DNA of 64,000 nt, taken from a virus. The notes beneath the pieces were generated by a model that saw nothing but the letters and a program-made list of their open reading frames with translations, was not told where the DNA came from and did not search any database. Below are positions 39,091 to 49,888 of the stretch, in pieces. Every line of letters begins with the position of its first letter. Position 1 is the first letter of the stretch. The stretch lies in IMG/VR virus record IMGVR_UViG_3300042261_001186, positions 32,001 to 96,000 of that record, one strand, 5' to 3'. A program made the translations under genes and the position numbers.

Positions 39091-41199
39091 TTAAGGATTT
39101 GTTGCACTAATCATAGTCACTGTTGGTAATTTTTTAGTTGTGAAAGTTATAACATTTAGATTTGTTATAGTTTTACCATAACCATATCCAGCTGAATTCA
39201 ATGCATATGCTCTTGAATAATATGTTGTTCCACTTATCAATGAAGTCATATCAACACTAAATAACCCCGTTTGAACAGGTATGGATGCTGAAGAGTCAAC
39301 ACCAACAGTTGGTAATGTATTAGTTGAAGACCAACAATAACCAATATCTGTTATTATACTATTACCATTGTATGTAACATATCCATATCCAACTGCTTTT
39401 ATATTTGTTATAGAACTATCTGGGACAGAATCATTAATTAATATTGGTAGAACAGCTGCAGAAGTAGCAGGAGTTGTAAATGGTTTTGGTGGTGAACCTA
39501 TACCTTCACCTACTGAATTTGTTGCAAAAGCATAATAATTATATGTTGTATTTGCTGATAATGCACCTATAATATTTTGACTAAAAAATGTACCATTACT
39601 AAGTATAGGAAGTGTCATAGGTGGTAATTGAGTATATAAAGGATTTGTTGATAATTTATAATAAAAACCATAACTTAATATTTGTTGACCATTATTGTTT
39701 TCTAAGAAACCATCTAAGGTTGCTGAATCTGAAGTTGTTGTTGCAGTATATGTTAAAACTTTTGGTAATCCAGGAATAATTGTTTGAGATGTTGTGAAAC
39801 TATATAATTCACCATAAGTCATTCCAGTTTTATTAGATACAAATGATTTATAATTATATGTTGTATTTTGAGTTAATCCATTTATTTTAATAGAAAAAGG
39901 ACCCATTGTTCCACCATCTGTAACAATTATGGTTGTAGGGTCTCCTATTGTTGGATTAATTGGAGAACCTGCATAACAAAATCCTCTACTTAATATCATT
40001 CCACCTCCATTATTTGTTACTCTACCATTACCATAAACACTATTTTCTGTGATTGTTGTTGCACTATATGTGACAACTGTTGGTAAATTAACAACATTTG
40101 ATATAGACAATGGTAATAAACTTCCTTCAACTGTATTTACTGACATATAACCATTTTCAAAAACACCATCAAGCCATAGACCATCATAAAAATGACCATT
40201 TTTGAATGTACCATTTATCCATAAACCATTGTACCATTTTCCATTATTCCAGATACAATTTGTATAATATGTAGAACCTATAGTAGAACCAAAAACACCA
40301 CCATACCATTCACCATTATTAAAATTACCTTTATTAAAATGTCCACCATACCATTTCCCACCATTAAAATTTCCTTTAGTCCATTGTGATAAATTATCAT
40401 TTAAGCTTGGATATGTATTTCCACTAGAATCCATGTTTAGGCCAGAATGAAATTCACCATTAGAAAAAGTTCCACCTAACCAATTTGATTTATAGGTTGT
40501 ACCAGTATAAGTCCCAAATCTACTTTTTATATCATTATTTGTTTGATCAAAATATCCAGCATACCAATCACCAACAATAAAATCACCACCATACCAATAA
40601 CCATTGAACCAAGCATATCTTGAAAAAGTACCATTATAGAATTTACCATCACACCAATAAGAATTCTCTATATTACCATTATAAAAGACACCATTAAGCC
40701 AAATAGAATTTTTAAATAATCCATTATGGAATTTGCCATCATAAAAATATGCACAATTTATAGTTTTACTTAAAATAGTATTTTTATCTAAAAATGATGT
40801 GAAAGTAGAATCTCTATCTCCACTAAATGTACCATTATAGAAATCACCTTGATACCATTTACCATTTCTGAATTCTGAATATTTTTTGTCTTCTTCTAAT
40901 ATTACAAATTTTTTTGACATTACCATTACTAAATCAAGTAAATAAGAATAGAATTTACCATTTTTCCAAAACCCATCATGCCATATTCCTGAATACCAAG
41001 TACCATTTTCCCATTCACCACATATCCATTCACCAGAATACCAAACTAATCCATAAGAATCTTCACCTATTATACAATTCTTAACACTAGCATTCAAGAA
41101 CCAATTGTATTTTATTTTCAATTTTTCTATTGTTAAATCATCTGTCAATAAAATATTATTGAGATTTTCTGAAGTATCTGCTATTTTAACTTTAAACAC
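39091..41199 (-). CDS. G-x-[WF]-x-x pentapeptide-repeat beta-helix plus three FN3 domains; virion surface protein
   Basis: Dozens of GxW/Fxx repeats; three P.V.T..L...TTY.Y.A..N..G units; starts at GTG. Confidence 0.72.
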   Translation of the reverse strand: MFKVKIADTSENLNNILLTDDLTIEKLKIKYNWFLNASVKNCIIGEDSYGLVWYSGEWICGEWENGTWYSGIWHDGFWKNGKFYSYLLDLVMVMSKKFVILEEDKKYSEFRNGKWYQGDFYNGTFSGDRDSTFTSFLDKNTILSKTINCAYFYDGKFHNGLFKNSIWLNGVFYNGNIENSYWCDGKFYNGTFSRYAWFNGYWYGGDFIVGDWYAGYFDQTNNDIKSRFGTYTGTTYKSNWLGGTFSNGEFHSGLNMDSSGNTYPSLNDNLSQWTKGNFNGGKWYGGHFNKGNFNNGEWYGGVFGSTIGSTYYTNCIWNNGKWYNGLWINGTFKNGHFYDGLWLDGVFENGYMSVNTVEGSLLPLSISNVVNLPTVVTYSATTITENSVYGNGRVTNNGGGMILSRGFCYAGSPINPTIGDPTTIIVTDGGTMGPFSIKINGLTQNTTYNYKSFVSNKTGMTYGELYSFTTSQTIIPGLPKVLTYTATTTSDSATLDGFLENNNGQQILSYGFYYKLSTNPLYTQLPPMTLPILSNGTFFSQNIIGALSANTTYNYYAFATNSVGEGIGSPPKPFTTPATSAAVLPILINDSVPDSSITNIKAVGYGYVTYNGNSIITDIGYCWSSTNTLPTVGVDSSASIPVQTGLFSVDMTSLISGTTYYSRAYALNSAGYGYGKTITNLNVITFTTKKLPTVTMISATNP

Positions 41200-41219
41200 T
41201 CTTTAAGTATTATTTTTTA

Positions 41220-41900
41220 TTATATATTATAGTTTAACAACCACCTTTTATTTGATGAAATCAAATCATTTCTTGAATATAAAGAATATACTGAAGGTTT
41301 TCCATTATTAACGCCTGATATATTTATTGTACCATCAGTTGTCATAAATGTATCTGCAATAATGAAAACATTATCTATTTCTGAATTAGATAAATAATTA
41401 TTATATAAATTGATATTTTCCAAATAAATAAGTTTTTCTATATTTATAGTTGTTAATAAACTATTTGGAATTGCAAATTCTTTTAAATATTTTAAATTAC
41501 TTATTGATGCTGACATAACACCACCAGTTGTACCAGATGGTGAAACATAAAAACGTTCTATTTTATTTAAATCACCAAATATCCTAATATCAAAAATATC
41601 AGTAGTTGAGTATATGTGTTGATATATAAAAGGTAATGAAATAGTATGTTGTTCTGTTGTACCATCCCCAAAATCAAAAGTGAGACTAGTTGGAAAAGTA
41701 GGTGCAGATAATTCAATCAACAATGTTGAATTACTATAATTAGAATTGAATTGTATATAAAAAGAATCTATTGGTATACCATTATCATTGTCATATTCTG
41801 AAGTTACATTATCATTTAATATAGGTATAGGTATCTTTGTTAATTTATCTATCCCTATATCTAATAACTCTATTGGTTTTAATGTTAATTTAGAATCCAT
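41220..41900 (-). CDS. PKD-like plus short leucine-rich-repeat protein
   Basis: FDFGDGT..H.Y; L..LE.INL.NN.L. Confidence 0.6.
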   Translation of the reverse strand: MDSKLTLKPIELLDIGIDKLTKIPIPILNDNVTSEYDNDNGIPIDSFYIQFNSNYSNSTLLIELSAPTFPTSLTFDFGDGTTEQHTISLPFIYQHIYSTTDIFDIRIFGDLNKIERFYVSPSGTTGGVMSASISNLKYLKEFAIPNSLLTTINIEKLIYLENINLYNNYLSNSEIDNVFIIADTFMTTDGTINISGVNNGKPSVYSLYSRNDLISSNKRWLLNYNI

Positions 41901-41903
41901 GTT

Positions 41904-42242
41904 TTATTTTTTTCTTTTAGATATTTTTGAAATTTTATTATTCAATTCCTCTTTTGTACAATTTTCTAATCCAATTGGTCTTTCTGTTTCATCACAATAC
42001 ATTTGAATATAATCATTATTGAATTCAACTATACTAATATTTAATTCATTTCCTTCAGAATCATATGTTCTGAAATCAAAATTTCTTTGAATATTATTAA
42101 AATCAATATGTTTAATTTCTATATCATTCATACCTTTTAATAAAGTTAAATAATCTTCAATTCCATGAAAATTCCAATTTTCTTCCCCTAAAGGATCAAC
42201 ATCTGAGTAATCTGTTTCAAACAATTTAAATTTAGTTATCAT
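41904..42242 (-). CDS. Leader + tag hypothetical protein
   Basis: MITKFKLFE/TDYSDVDPLGEENW. Confidence 0.6.
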   Translation of the reverse strand: MITKFKLFETDYSDVDPLGEENWNFHGIEDYLTLLKGMNDIEIKHIDFNNIQRNFDFRTYDSEGNELNISIVEFNNDYIQMYCDETERPIGLENCTKEELNNKISKISKRKK

Positions 42243-42291
42243 TTATGAGAATTTTATTTTAATATATATATAAAAATAAAAAAGACAAACT

Positions 42292-42903
42292 ATGAAACTT
42301 TTTGAAGAATTTATACAAGCTGATTATGAGATGGACAGAATTGTCAAACAACTTATTGAAAGAATAAATTATTGGTTTAAAGATGGTTCTTTCTCTTTAA
42401 GTTCATCACCTGTTGATATAACTAAAAGTTCTACACCAAATGCTTCAAAAAGAGCAATCATAACTAATTTTGCAGATGCAGAATTCTATTACCAACTAAT
42501 CATAAAAATATACATAGAAGATTTGGAAAATTGTGATGTTATACTGAAAAAATATGATCCAAATAAAATAGATGAACCAAATGGTGGCGAACCAATATCA
42601 CAAATAGATTTGACAAATGATAAACAAGTAAAAATTAATGAAGTTAAAGAAGATTTTATTATAAAGAAAATATCTGAATTGGATGATAAAAAAGAAAATC
42701 CAGATGAAAATAAAATAGAAACACCTAAAGAAAAAGAAGAAAAACCTGCACAAGGACAACAACCACCAGCTCAAGGTGGAATGCCTCCAGGTTCTATGCC
42801 ACCTCCTGCTCCTGGTGCACAAATGGGTGGAATGCCACCTGCTCAAGGTATGGCTCCTCCAGCACAAATGGGCGGAGCACCTGGTATGCAGACCCAAATG
42901 TAA
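42292..42903 (+). CDS. Hypothetical protein with P/Q/G/M-rich disordered tail
   Basis: MKLFEEF leader; late motif upstream; AQMGG repeats like the portal tail. Confidence 0.6.
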   Translation: MKLFEEFIQADYEMDRIVKQLIERINYWFKDGSFSLSSSPVDITKSSTPNASKRAIITNFADAEFYYQLIIKIYIEDLENCDVILKKYDPNKIDEPNGGEPISQIDLTNDKQVKINEVKEDFIIKKISELDDKKENPDENKIETPKEKEEKPAQGQQPPAQGGMPPGSMPPPAPGAQMGGMPPAQGMAPPAQMGGAPGMQTQM

Positions 42904-42928
42904 TTTATATATAAGATAAAAAACATAA

Positions 42929-43414
42929 ATGGAAATTGTAACATCAAGTAATATGATAAGAAGATTTAGAGGAATAAAAGAATTCCAAATGAATCTTGGA
43001 TTATCCAAAACAACTGAAATAAATAAAGAAGGTACAAAAAGTGGTCAACAGATAATAATAAAGATTAAAGATCCATTTGTTAAAAGATATCTTATGTTAA
43101 CTGGAAATTATTTAGTAAAAAGTGGAAATATAGGTTCTTTGAATTTCTATATGGATAATTCTGTTGGTTATAATAATTTCCTTATATATGATAAGGATAA
43201 AGAATATAAATTTGATTTTAAGGATACTGGAGATATTAGAAGTTATTTATCAGATATATTAGATAAAATACTTAATAATGAATTAACACCAACCAATTTG
43301 GAAATGAATATGGAAGAAGAAATAGAATTCAGATTGGATAAGAATTTACCACAAAGAGAATTTTTGGAAAAACAAAAGGAAATGCAAGAGGAAATGGCAA
43401 GAATGAAAATTTAA
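42929..43414 (+). CDS. Hypothetical protein
   Basis: ORF in late operon. Confidence 0.55.
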   Translation: MEIVTSSNMIRRFRGIKEFQMNLGLSKTTEINKEGTKSGQQIIIKIKDPFVKRYLMLTGNYLVKSGNIGSLNFYMDNSVGYNNFLIYDKDKEYKFDFKDTGDIRSYLSDILDKILNNELTPTNLEMNMEEEIEFRLDKNLPQREFLEKQKEMQEEMARMKI

Positions 43415-43431
43415 AAAATAAACAAAAAATT

Positions 43432-44139
43432 ATGGAAAAAATATTATTAGAAGATATAGTTCAAGTAGATTTCCCTGAAAATCAATATTATAGGGAAGAA
43501 ACAAATAAAAAACAAATTGTACTACATCATACCGTTTCTGGTGGAAAAGCTGATGGAACAATAAGTTGGTGGAATCAAGATTCTCAAAAAATAGCAACTC
43601 AATTTATAGTTGATGCTAGTGGTGTTGTATACCAATTATATTCATCTAAATTTTGGGCACATCATTTAGGTATTAAAGCAGATTTTATAAAAAAATATGG
43701 TTTTACAGATTATGGTAACAGAAATACTCTTTTAAATAAAGAATCCATAGGTATAGAAATTTGCAGATGGGGTGGACTTTTAAAAGATTCTAATGGTTAT
43801 CACCCAACATATTGGGATGCTGCTTTGAAAAAAGAAGTTTGTCAAACCAAAATAACAATACCTAATGAAAACGTTCAAGTTTTTGATAAACCTTTTAGAG
43901 GATATTATGCATTTGAAAAATATACACCAGAACAAATTGAATCTGTTGGAAAATTAGTTACTTACTTAGGTGAAAAATGGGGTATTCCACTTGATTACAA
44001 TTCTGATATGTGGGATGTTAATAAAAATTCTTTAGGTAGTGTACCTGGTATTTGGACTCATGTAAGTTATAGAGCTGATAAATCAGATTTAATGCCACAA
44101 CCTGAAATGATTGAAATGTTACAGAATTTAACGGTTTAA
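43432..44139 (+). CDS. N-acetylmuramoyl-L-alanine amidase (Amidase_2), probable endolysin
   Basis: IVLHHT, WAHH.G, SIGIE, YT.EQ, THVSYR.DKSD..P. Confidence 0.88.
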   Translation: MEKILLEDIVQVDFPENQYYREETNKKQIVLHHTVSGGKADGTISWWNQDSQKIATQFIVDASGVVYQLYSSKFWAHHLGIKADFIKKYGFTDYGNRNTLLNKESIGIEICRWGGLLKDSNGYHPTYWDAALKKEVCQTKITIPNENVQVFDKPFRGYYAFEKYTPEQIESVGKLVTYLGEKWGIPLDYNSDMWDVNKNSLGSVPGIWTHVSYRADKSDLMPQPEMIEMLQNLTV

Positions 44140-44700
44140 TTTTTCAGTGTATGCTGATAGTTCATCATCTATATTAATCATTAAATCTTTATCATCTCTG
44201 ACGGTGTATTTGTCTATTTCTCTACTATCATATCTGACTACTACCATATATTTTGGTGCTCCAACTTTTCTTCCAACTGGTGGGAATTGCCCAGGGTACA
44301 GCATTTCTATTTCCATATAAGATTTACCAAATGTTATTCCCATAAAATTATCACTGACATAAAGTTCTACTTCAAATTCACATTTTTCTACATAATCTTT
44401 AACATTTTTTAAAAAAAGATCGTTGAATTTATTATCTTCGAAGATAATGTAGTCTTTCTTGTAACCTGCAGGGTTTATCATTTTCATAATAGTTGGTCTA
44501 TTTGTATCATAGAACACAAAAAAACCACCACTTGTATATTTTGTAGTGTATTGTAAGAGACCTATTTCATACATTTTATTGAAGAGACCCCTATCTATAA
44601 ATAATGCCTCACCACTAGGCACACCAATAATATAGATTTTGCTATTATCATTAACAAAATCATAATTTTCCTTTATGTATTTTTTCCTTCTTTTCAACAT
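44128..44700 (-). CDS. Hypothetical protein
   Basis: 190-aa ORF. Confidence 0.55.
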   Translation of the reverse strand: MLKRRKKYIKENYDFVNDNSKIYIIGVPSGEALFIDRGLFNKMYEIGLLQYTTKYTSGGFFVFYDTNRPTIMKMINPAGYKKDYIIFEDNKFNDLFLKNVKDYVEKCEFEVELYVSDNFMGITFGKSYMEIEMLYPGQFPPVGRKVGAPKYMVVVRYDSREIDKYTVRDDKDLMINIDDELSAYTEKLNR

Positions 44701-44769
44701 GCAAATATATATAAAATTTTTAAAACATAAAAATACAAAACATAATTTCTTTTTTTTCGTATAAGTTTC

Positions 44770-46389
44770 ATGATTTCAATAACAGAAACCCTAGATATCC
44801 ATTTCCCATTAGAATTAAAGCCAAGAACACAGCAAATAGAGATGCTTAACTTGACTAAAGAATCAGTCAATAATGGTAAGAAATTCATTCTTTTAAATGC
44901 ACCAACTGGTTCAGGAAAATCATATTTCACTATGATGTTCATGAACTGGTATAAAAACTTTGTAAATGACACTGCTAAATTTGATATAATAACCAATAGT
45001 AAAATACTTCAACAACAATATAAAGATGATTTTGATTTCATATGTGACCTAAGAGGACAATCTAATTATGATTGTGATAGACACAAAACAAATTGTCATC
45101 TTGGTAAAGAAATGAACAAAGCTTTGAAATTACCACCTTGTGGTAATTGTCCTTATGATTCTGATAAGAAATTTTGGATAGGTGGTGAAATATCCCTTAC
45201 CAATTTCCATCTATTCAATAGTTTTGCTTTCTATGTGCCAGAAATAATGGAAGAAAGACATGCCAATGTCCTAATAGTAGATGAAGCACATTCTTTTGAG
45301 GAAGTTTTCTGTGACTTTATATCAATTAAACTAAGTGCAAGGATATTCAAGAATTATGGAATAGAAGAGAAAAATGTTGATAGATTTGTTGCAAGATTAG
45401 GAAGAATTCAAACAATTAAACAATATATAAATTTTGTAAATGATGAATTTCTACCACATATTAGTAGTCTAAAAGATGAATTTGATATTGCTATAGGTGA
45501 AATGACTAATGATAAAATCAAAGAAACTTATGCTAAATATGTTTCTTATATTGATAGTGCAACAGAGAGATTTGAAAGTTTACTTGATGATTTTGAAAAA
45601 CATGAAGAGAATTGGGTTGTAGATTCTACAAAAGACAAAAATTTAAATATAGAATTAACGGTTCAACCAATATGGGGACATTTATACTTAAATGAAGCTA
45701 TATGGGATAAATATGATCATGTAATATTTATGTCTGGTACTATTTTAGATAAAAAAATGTTTTCTTACTTAAATGGTTTTGATGAAGAATTAACAGATTA
45801 TTATGATTTAAATTCAACTTTCCCAATACTAAATAGACCATTATATTATATACCAACAGGTAAAATGACTTATACTGAAAAAGAAGTTACATTTCAAAAA
45901 CAGATTAAGATAATAAGTAAAATTCTTAAAAAATACGAGAAAGAAAAAGGTATAATTCATACAACCAATTATGAATTATCTAATTGGATAAACAAATCAA
46001 TAAAAGATAAAAGGTTTGTATTCCATGATTCAGAAAATAGGGAAGATCAATTTGAGAAATTTAAAAAGAAAAACAAAGGTATTATGGTTTCCCCATCTAT
46101 GATATCTGGTATATCACTTGATGATGATATGAGTAGATTTCAAATAATGATGAAAGTCCCTTATCCAAATATATCAAGTAATAAAATAAAGGCTAGACAA
46201 ACATCCAATAGAAATTGGTATTCTTGGAGAACTGCAGTAGATGTTATACAGGCTTATGGTAGGTCAATAAGAAGTGATGAAGACTGGGCACATACTTACA
46301 TTTTAGATTCTTCATTTGGTGATTTACTTAAATATAATGGTAATTTGTTCCCTAAATATTTCACTGAAGCAATAAGATTAGTAAAATAA
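44770..46389 (+). CDS. DinG/XPD-like SF2 helicase with Fe-S-type cysteines
   Basis: PR.QQ, APTGSGKS, four Cys, DEAH, MSGT, K.PYP, QAYGRSIRS..D. Confidence 0.9.
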   Translation: MISITETLDIHFPLELKPRTQQIEMLNLTKESVNNGKKFILLNAPTGSGKSYFTMMFMNWYKNFVNDTAKFDIITNSKILQQQYKDDFDFICDLRGQSNYDCDRHKTNCHLGKEMNKALKLPPCGNCPYDSDKKFWIGGEISLTNFHLFNSFAFYVPEIMEERHANVLIVDEAHSFEEVFCDFISIKLSARIFKNYGIEEKNVDRFVARLGRIQTIKQYINFVNDEFLPHISSLKDEFDIAIGEMTNDKIKETYAKYVSYIDSATERFESLLDDFEKHEENWVVDSTKDKNLNIELTVQPIWGHLYLNEAIWDKYDHVIFMSGTILDKKMFSYLNGFDEELTDYYDLNSTFPILNRPLYYIPTGKMTYTEKEVTFQKQIKIISKILKKYEKEKGIIHTTNYELSNWINKSIKDKRFVFHDSENREDQFEKFKKKNKGIMVSPSMISGISLDDDMSRFQIMMKVPYPNISSNKIKARQTSNRNWYSWRTAVDVIQAYGRSIRSDEDWAHTYILDSSFGDLLKYNGNLFPKYFTEAIRLVK

Positions 46390-46406
46390 TTTTTATATAT
46401 AGTTTT

Positions 46407-46973
46407 ATGAAATCTTATGAAAATTTTGTGAAAGAAGGTATTAAACATTGGTTTAGGAAAAATGATTATGTTTTGAATGGATTTATTGGTGAAACAATAA
46501 ATCTTAGGATAACAGGTACTGATCATACTGAACTCAAGACTATAACTGAAAATCCAACTTATGCTAGATCATTGAAAGATGGATTTTATGGTAATTTTGG
46601 TATTTATTTTCATTTTAATAATGATAATGGATTAAAAATAGATGATGATATAGACCCTTTAGGTGAAGAAAATTGGAATGATGAAGAGATAGAAAATCTT
46701 ATCATCAGAAATGCTCAAACTACAAAGAAAATGGTATATAATTATCCTGGGTCATTTGATTGGGATAACGTACCTTATCACATATCTTTGACTTTTGGAG
46801 ATGAAGATATACCATTACAAACAGATAAAGCTGGTGTAGAATTGATAGGTAGATTGATAAAAGCTATTGCAGATAAAGAGATATGGACAGATGGTGATAG
46901 TAAAGGATTCACTCCATTGTTACACTATTATATCGAGGAATTAGAAAGAGGTGATTCAATTTTTAATATATAA
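46407..46973 (+). CDS. Leader-bearing protein with internal tag
   Basis: MKSYENFVKE/G; DIDPLGEENW. Confidence 0.6.
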   Translation: MKSYENFVKEGIKHWFRKNDYVLNGFIGETINLRITGTDHTELKTITENPTYARSLKDGFYGNFGIYFHFNNDNGLKIDDDIDPLGEENWNDEEIENLIIRNAQTTKKMVYNYPGSFDWDNVPYHISLTFGDEDIPLQTDKAGVELIGRLIKAIADKEIWTDGDSKGFTPLLHYYIEELERGDSIFNI

Positions 46974-46990
46974 AAATAAATATAAAAATT

Positions 46991-47173
46991 ATGTGGAACA
47001 AAATTTTAACTTGGTTGAAAGATAATACAGCATCATTTCTCCTATCATTATTGATAGTTGTAGGATTTATATTAATGGTTGCTTTTTTTCCAAAATGGAT
47101 TATCATATTGGTAGCAAGTTTATCTTACTTAATTTTATTTGCTTATAAAGTCTGGAAAGATCAACCTTTTTAA
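46991..47173 (+). CDS. Small two-TM membrane protein (holin candidate)
   Basis: Two hydrophobic helices; late motif upstream. Confidence 0.5.
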   Translation: MWNKILTWLKDNTASFLLSLLIVVGFILMVAFFPKWIIILVASLSYLILFAYKVWKDQPF

Positions 47174-48330
47174 AGAGTTATAGTTAAATATTTATTGTTG
47201 TAATCTGCCCAATAAAATCCATGCCCCATACTTAAAATATGATTTTTTATTCTGTGGAATAAATCTCCATTTGTACCATCTTTAAATGTAAATTGTATTG
47301 ATAATTTTTTAAACCTTACTTTTTCAAAAACATTCTTGAAATATTCAAATTGTCCATTATTTGTTATATGTATTACATAGTAATCCATATCATCTGAATA
47401 ATCATTAAAATATATTTTGTGATCAAAATATAATTCAGAAAAACTTTCTTTTTGAGATAATTTCAATATATTTTCAGATATAAAAGATAATTTCTTACTA
47501 GTTCTTTGACTATTTATTTCATGATTTAAAAGTGCCATACTTTCCCAATGAATATTTTGAAATATTCTTTTGAAACTATTTATATCTTTTGTTTTTCTTC
47601 TTTCTCTAATTTCATTATTTATTGCTGCAGTATCAGATAAGAAATTATTAGATTCATCAAGTTTTCTTGTTATAGAATCTTCTCTTGTTATGTACATATA
47701 TAATGCTCTTGGAATATGTAAATATTTACCATATTCTTCCATTTTCATTAAATGCACAAAATCATTAACTATATTTCTTATGTCTATTTTATTATCAGGA
47801 TTGAAATCTACATTAATATTTCTCCATGATCTACAATATCCAAGAATGAAACAATCGCTGAACATATCTTTTTCTATAGATGGATCATTTTTCTCATTTT
47901 CCATCCATCCCCATAAACTTTTATAATTTTCATAATCAAAATAAAGTGAACCACTATAAGAACTTCCTTTGAAATTATTTAATTCTGTTGTTATTAAAAC
48001 AACATCAGGGTATTTATTGAAGAAATAATTAATTACTTCTAGGGATTTTGGTACAAAATAATCATCAGAATCTATGTGTGTTATTGTATCACCTTTTGCA
48101 TATTTATGTGGATTCCAAAAAATTTCTTTTTTACTTTCTTGTTCAATATATCTTATTCTACCATCTCTTTTAGGTAATGATTTCACTAATTCGCTGGATT
48201 CCAAATTAGAACTAAAATCATCTGTTATAACCCATTCCCAATTAGTGAATGTTTGCCCAATGACGCTCTCATATAGTTTTTCAATAAAATGTATTTCTGT
48301 ATTGTAAAAAGTGGTAATAATACTTATCAT
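47170..48330 (-). CDS. Glycosyltransferase family 2
   Basis: ISIITTFYN, QT..NWE...DD.S, HIDSDD. Confidence 0.85.
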   Translation of the reverse strand: MISIITTFYNTEIHFIEKLYESVIGQTFTNWEWVITDDFSSNLESSELVKSLPKRDGRIRYIEQESKKEIFWNPHKYAKGDTITHIDSDDYFVPKSLEVINYFFNKYPDVVLITTELNNFKGSSYSGSLYFDYENYKSLWGWMENEKNDPSIEKDMFSDCFILGYCRSWRNINVDFNPDNKIDIRNIVNDFVHLMKMEEYGKYLHIPRALYMYITREDSITRKLDESNNFLSDTAAINNEIRERRKTKDINSFKRIFQNIHWESMALLNHEINSQRTSKKLSFISENILKLSQKESFSELYFDHKIYFNDYSDDMDYYVIHITNNGQFEYFKNVFEKVRFKKLSIQFTFKDGTNGDLFHRIKNHILSMGHGFYWADYNNKYLTITL

Positions 48331-48405
48331 ATAAAAAAATTATTTTTCTTTTATATGATAAAGCTTAATGAAAGATTAATTTATTTTAGACACTCAAGTA
48401 TTTCT

Positions 48406-48759
48406 TCAGAACCATTCTATGTCTTCTTCTTTTATTATTTCTTTTGGACCACCCAATATTCTCAGTAATGCTGCTTCTGGATCTTTGTAGCATATATTGT
48501 CTATCATAACATAACCATTAACATCATTGGCACATGCTTGACAAACAAAGAAAACAGCATATCTCTCCTCGGTTTTTGATATATCTTCTTTTACTTGCTC
48601 AATCCAATTATCCCCTGGTTCATCTTTTTCTATGGAAACTTGCATATTTGCTGAATCATAATATATTAACAAGCAATTGTCTTCACCACACTCATTACAC
48701 CTAGAATCTTTGAAAATCAATCCTTCATTTATGAAACTTGAGTATTTCTTTAGTACCAT
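48406..48759 (-). CDS. Zinc-ribbon protein with leader and EEDIEWF tail
   Basis: CNEC..CQAC. Confidence 0.62.
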   Translation of the reverse strand: MVLKKYSSFINEGLIFKDSRCNECGEDNCLLIYYDSANMQVSIEKDEPGDNWIEQVKEDISKTEERYAVFFVCQACANDVNGYVMIDNICYKDPEAALLRILGGPKEIIKEEDIEWF

Positions 48760-49127
48760 TCTATATTTTCATCTTTTATTATTTCTGGTGGTTCGGACAT
48801 TGCTATTATTTTCTTAAGAGCTTTGTATGAATCTTTATATCTTTTACCATCAATCACAACACTTCCACTTGATTCATCTTCACATTCATTGCAAGCATAA
48901 AAAGTATTGTAATTGTTGTTAGTCTCAATATCATTTTTTATGTCATTTAAGGTGATATTTTTCATAGATTGACCATTTGAATTCAAAATTGTACCATCTG
49001 ATTCTATATCGATCTCACCAAGTTTTGTTGACCTATATATTATTACTATAGTATTATTTTCACCACAAACAGAACATTGAGATTTAAATAATCTACTCTC
49101 ATTCAAAAATTCTAGGAAATTCCTCAT
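48750..49127 (-). CDS. Zinc-ribbon protein, paralog of 48406, with DENIEWY tail
   Basis: CSVC..CNEC; G.V.ID...YKD...AL. Confidence 0.62.
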   Translation of the reverse strand: MRNFLEFLNESRLFKSQCSVCGENNTIVIIYRSTKLGEIDIESDGTILNSNGQSMKNITLNDIKNDIETNNNYNTFYACNECEDESSGSVVIDGKRYKDSYKALKKIIAMSEPPEIIKDENIEWY

Positions 49128-49150
49128 AACTTAATTTTCGTCTATATTCA

Positions 49151-49861
49151 TTATCTACCACGGGGACCTACTTTACCTAAATATTTATTAAATCTCCATT
49201 GACGTTTACCAATTTGAACATCATGATTTTGTAAATATTTTAATACCTTTTCAGCAATTTCATCATCTTCTTTTGGTGGATCAGATTTAAATAATCTACC
49301 TTCATTTATAAATGTTGTATAATTCTTAATTACTCTTTCTTCTATTTTCTGAGGTTGGACTTTTTGTACTTGTGGTTCTTCTTCAGGTGATTGTCCTTGA
49401 ATTTTTTGTTCCATACCTCTATTGTTAGGTATTCCTTGAGGTTGGTTTTGTGTTTGTGGAATAACTTTTTGAAGGGTTGTATCAACAACTTCTTTAGATA
49501 AATCAACATCAAATATTTCACCACCCCTTATTTCACCACCTTCTATTTTACCTCCTATGAATCTACCTCCAAAAATAATTCCATTTTTAAATATACCATT
49601 ATACCAAGTACCATTATACCAGACACCACCTTCCCAAGTACCATATTTCCATTGACCATCTCTGAAAACACCATATACCCAAGTACCATTAAAGAAAACA
49701 CCAGCATTAAACACTAATGTGTTTTTAGTTATTTCTAATCTAACATTTTCAACTTCACAATCTAGGAACCAATCAAATTTACATTTAATAAGTATTTCCT
49801 CAATCTTTGCTGTTTCAGTATAGATTTTGTCTTGATATTTCAGTTCTTTATAACGATTCAT
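49151..49861 (-). CDS. Pentapeptide-repeat protein related to the N-terminus of 39091..41199
   Basis: K..WFL...V.N..I..LV...G; GxWxx repeats; internal leader IKNYTTFINE/G. Confidence 0.62.
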   Translation of the reverse strand: MNRYKELKYQDKIYTETAKIEEILIKCKFDWFLDCEVENVRLEITKNTLVFNAGVFFNGTWVYGVFRDGQWKYGTWEGGVWYNGTWYNGIFKNGIIFGGRFIGGKIEGGEIRGGEIFDVDLSKEVVDTTLQKVIPQTQNQPQGIPNNRGMEQKIQGQSPEEEPQVQKVQPQKIEERVIKNYTTFINEGRLFKSDPPKEDDEIAEKVLKYLQNHDVQIGKRQWRFNKYLGKVGPRGR

Positions 49862-49888
49862 AATCCTATATATTAATTTTTTAATTCA

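Noticed and set aside
44702-44709. Host-type promoter for ORF 44128..44700
   Set aside because: TATATTTG sits 1 nt from the annotated ATG, too close unless the real start is downstream; left uncalled
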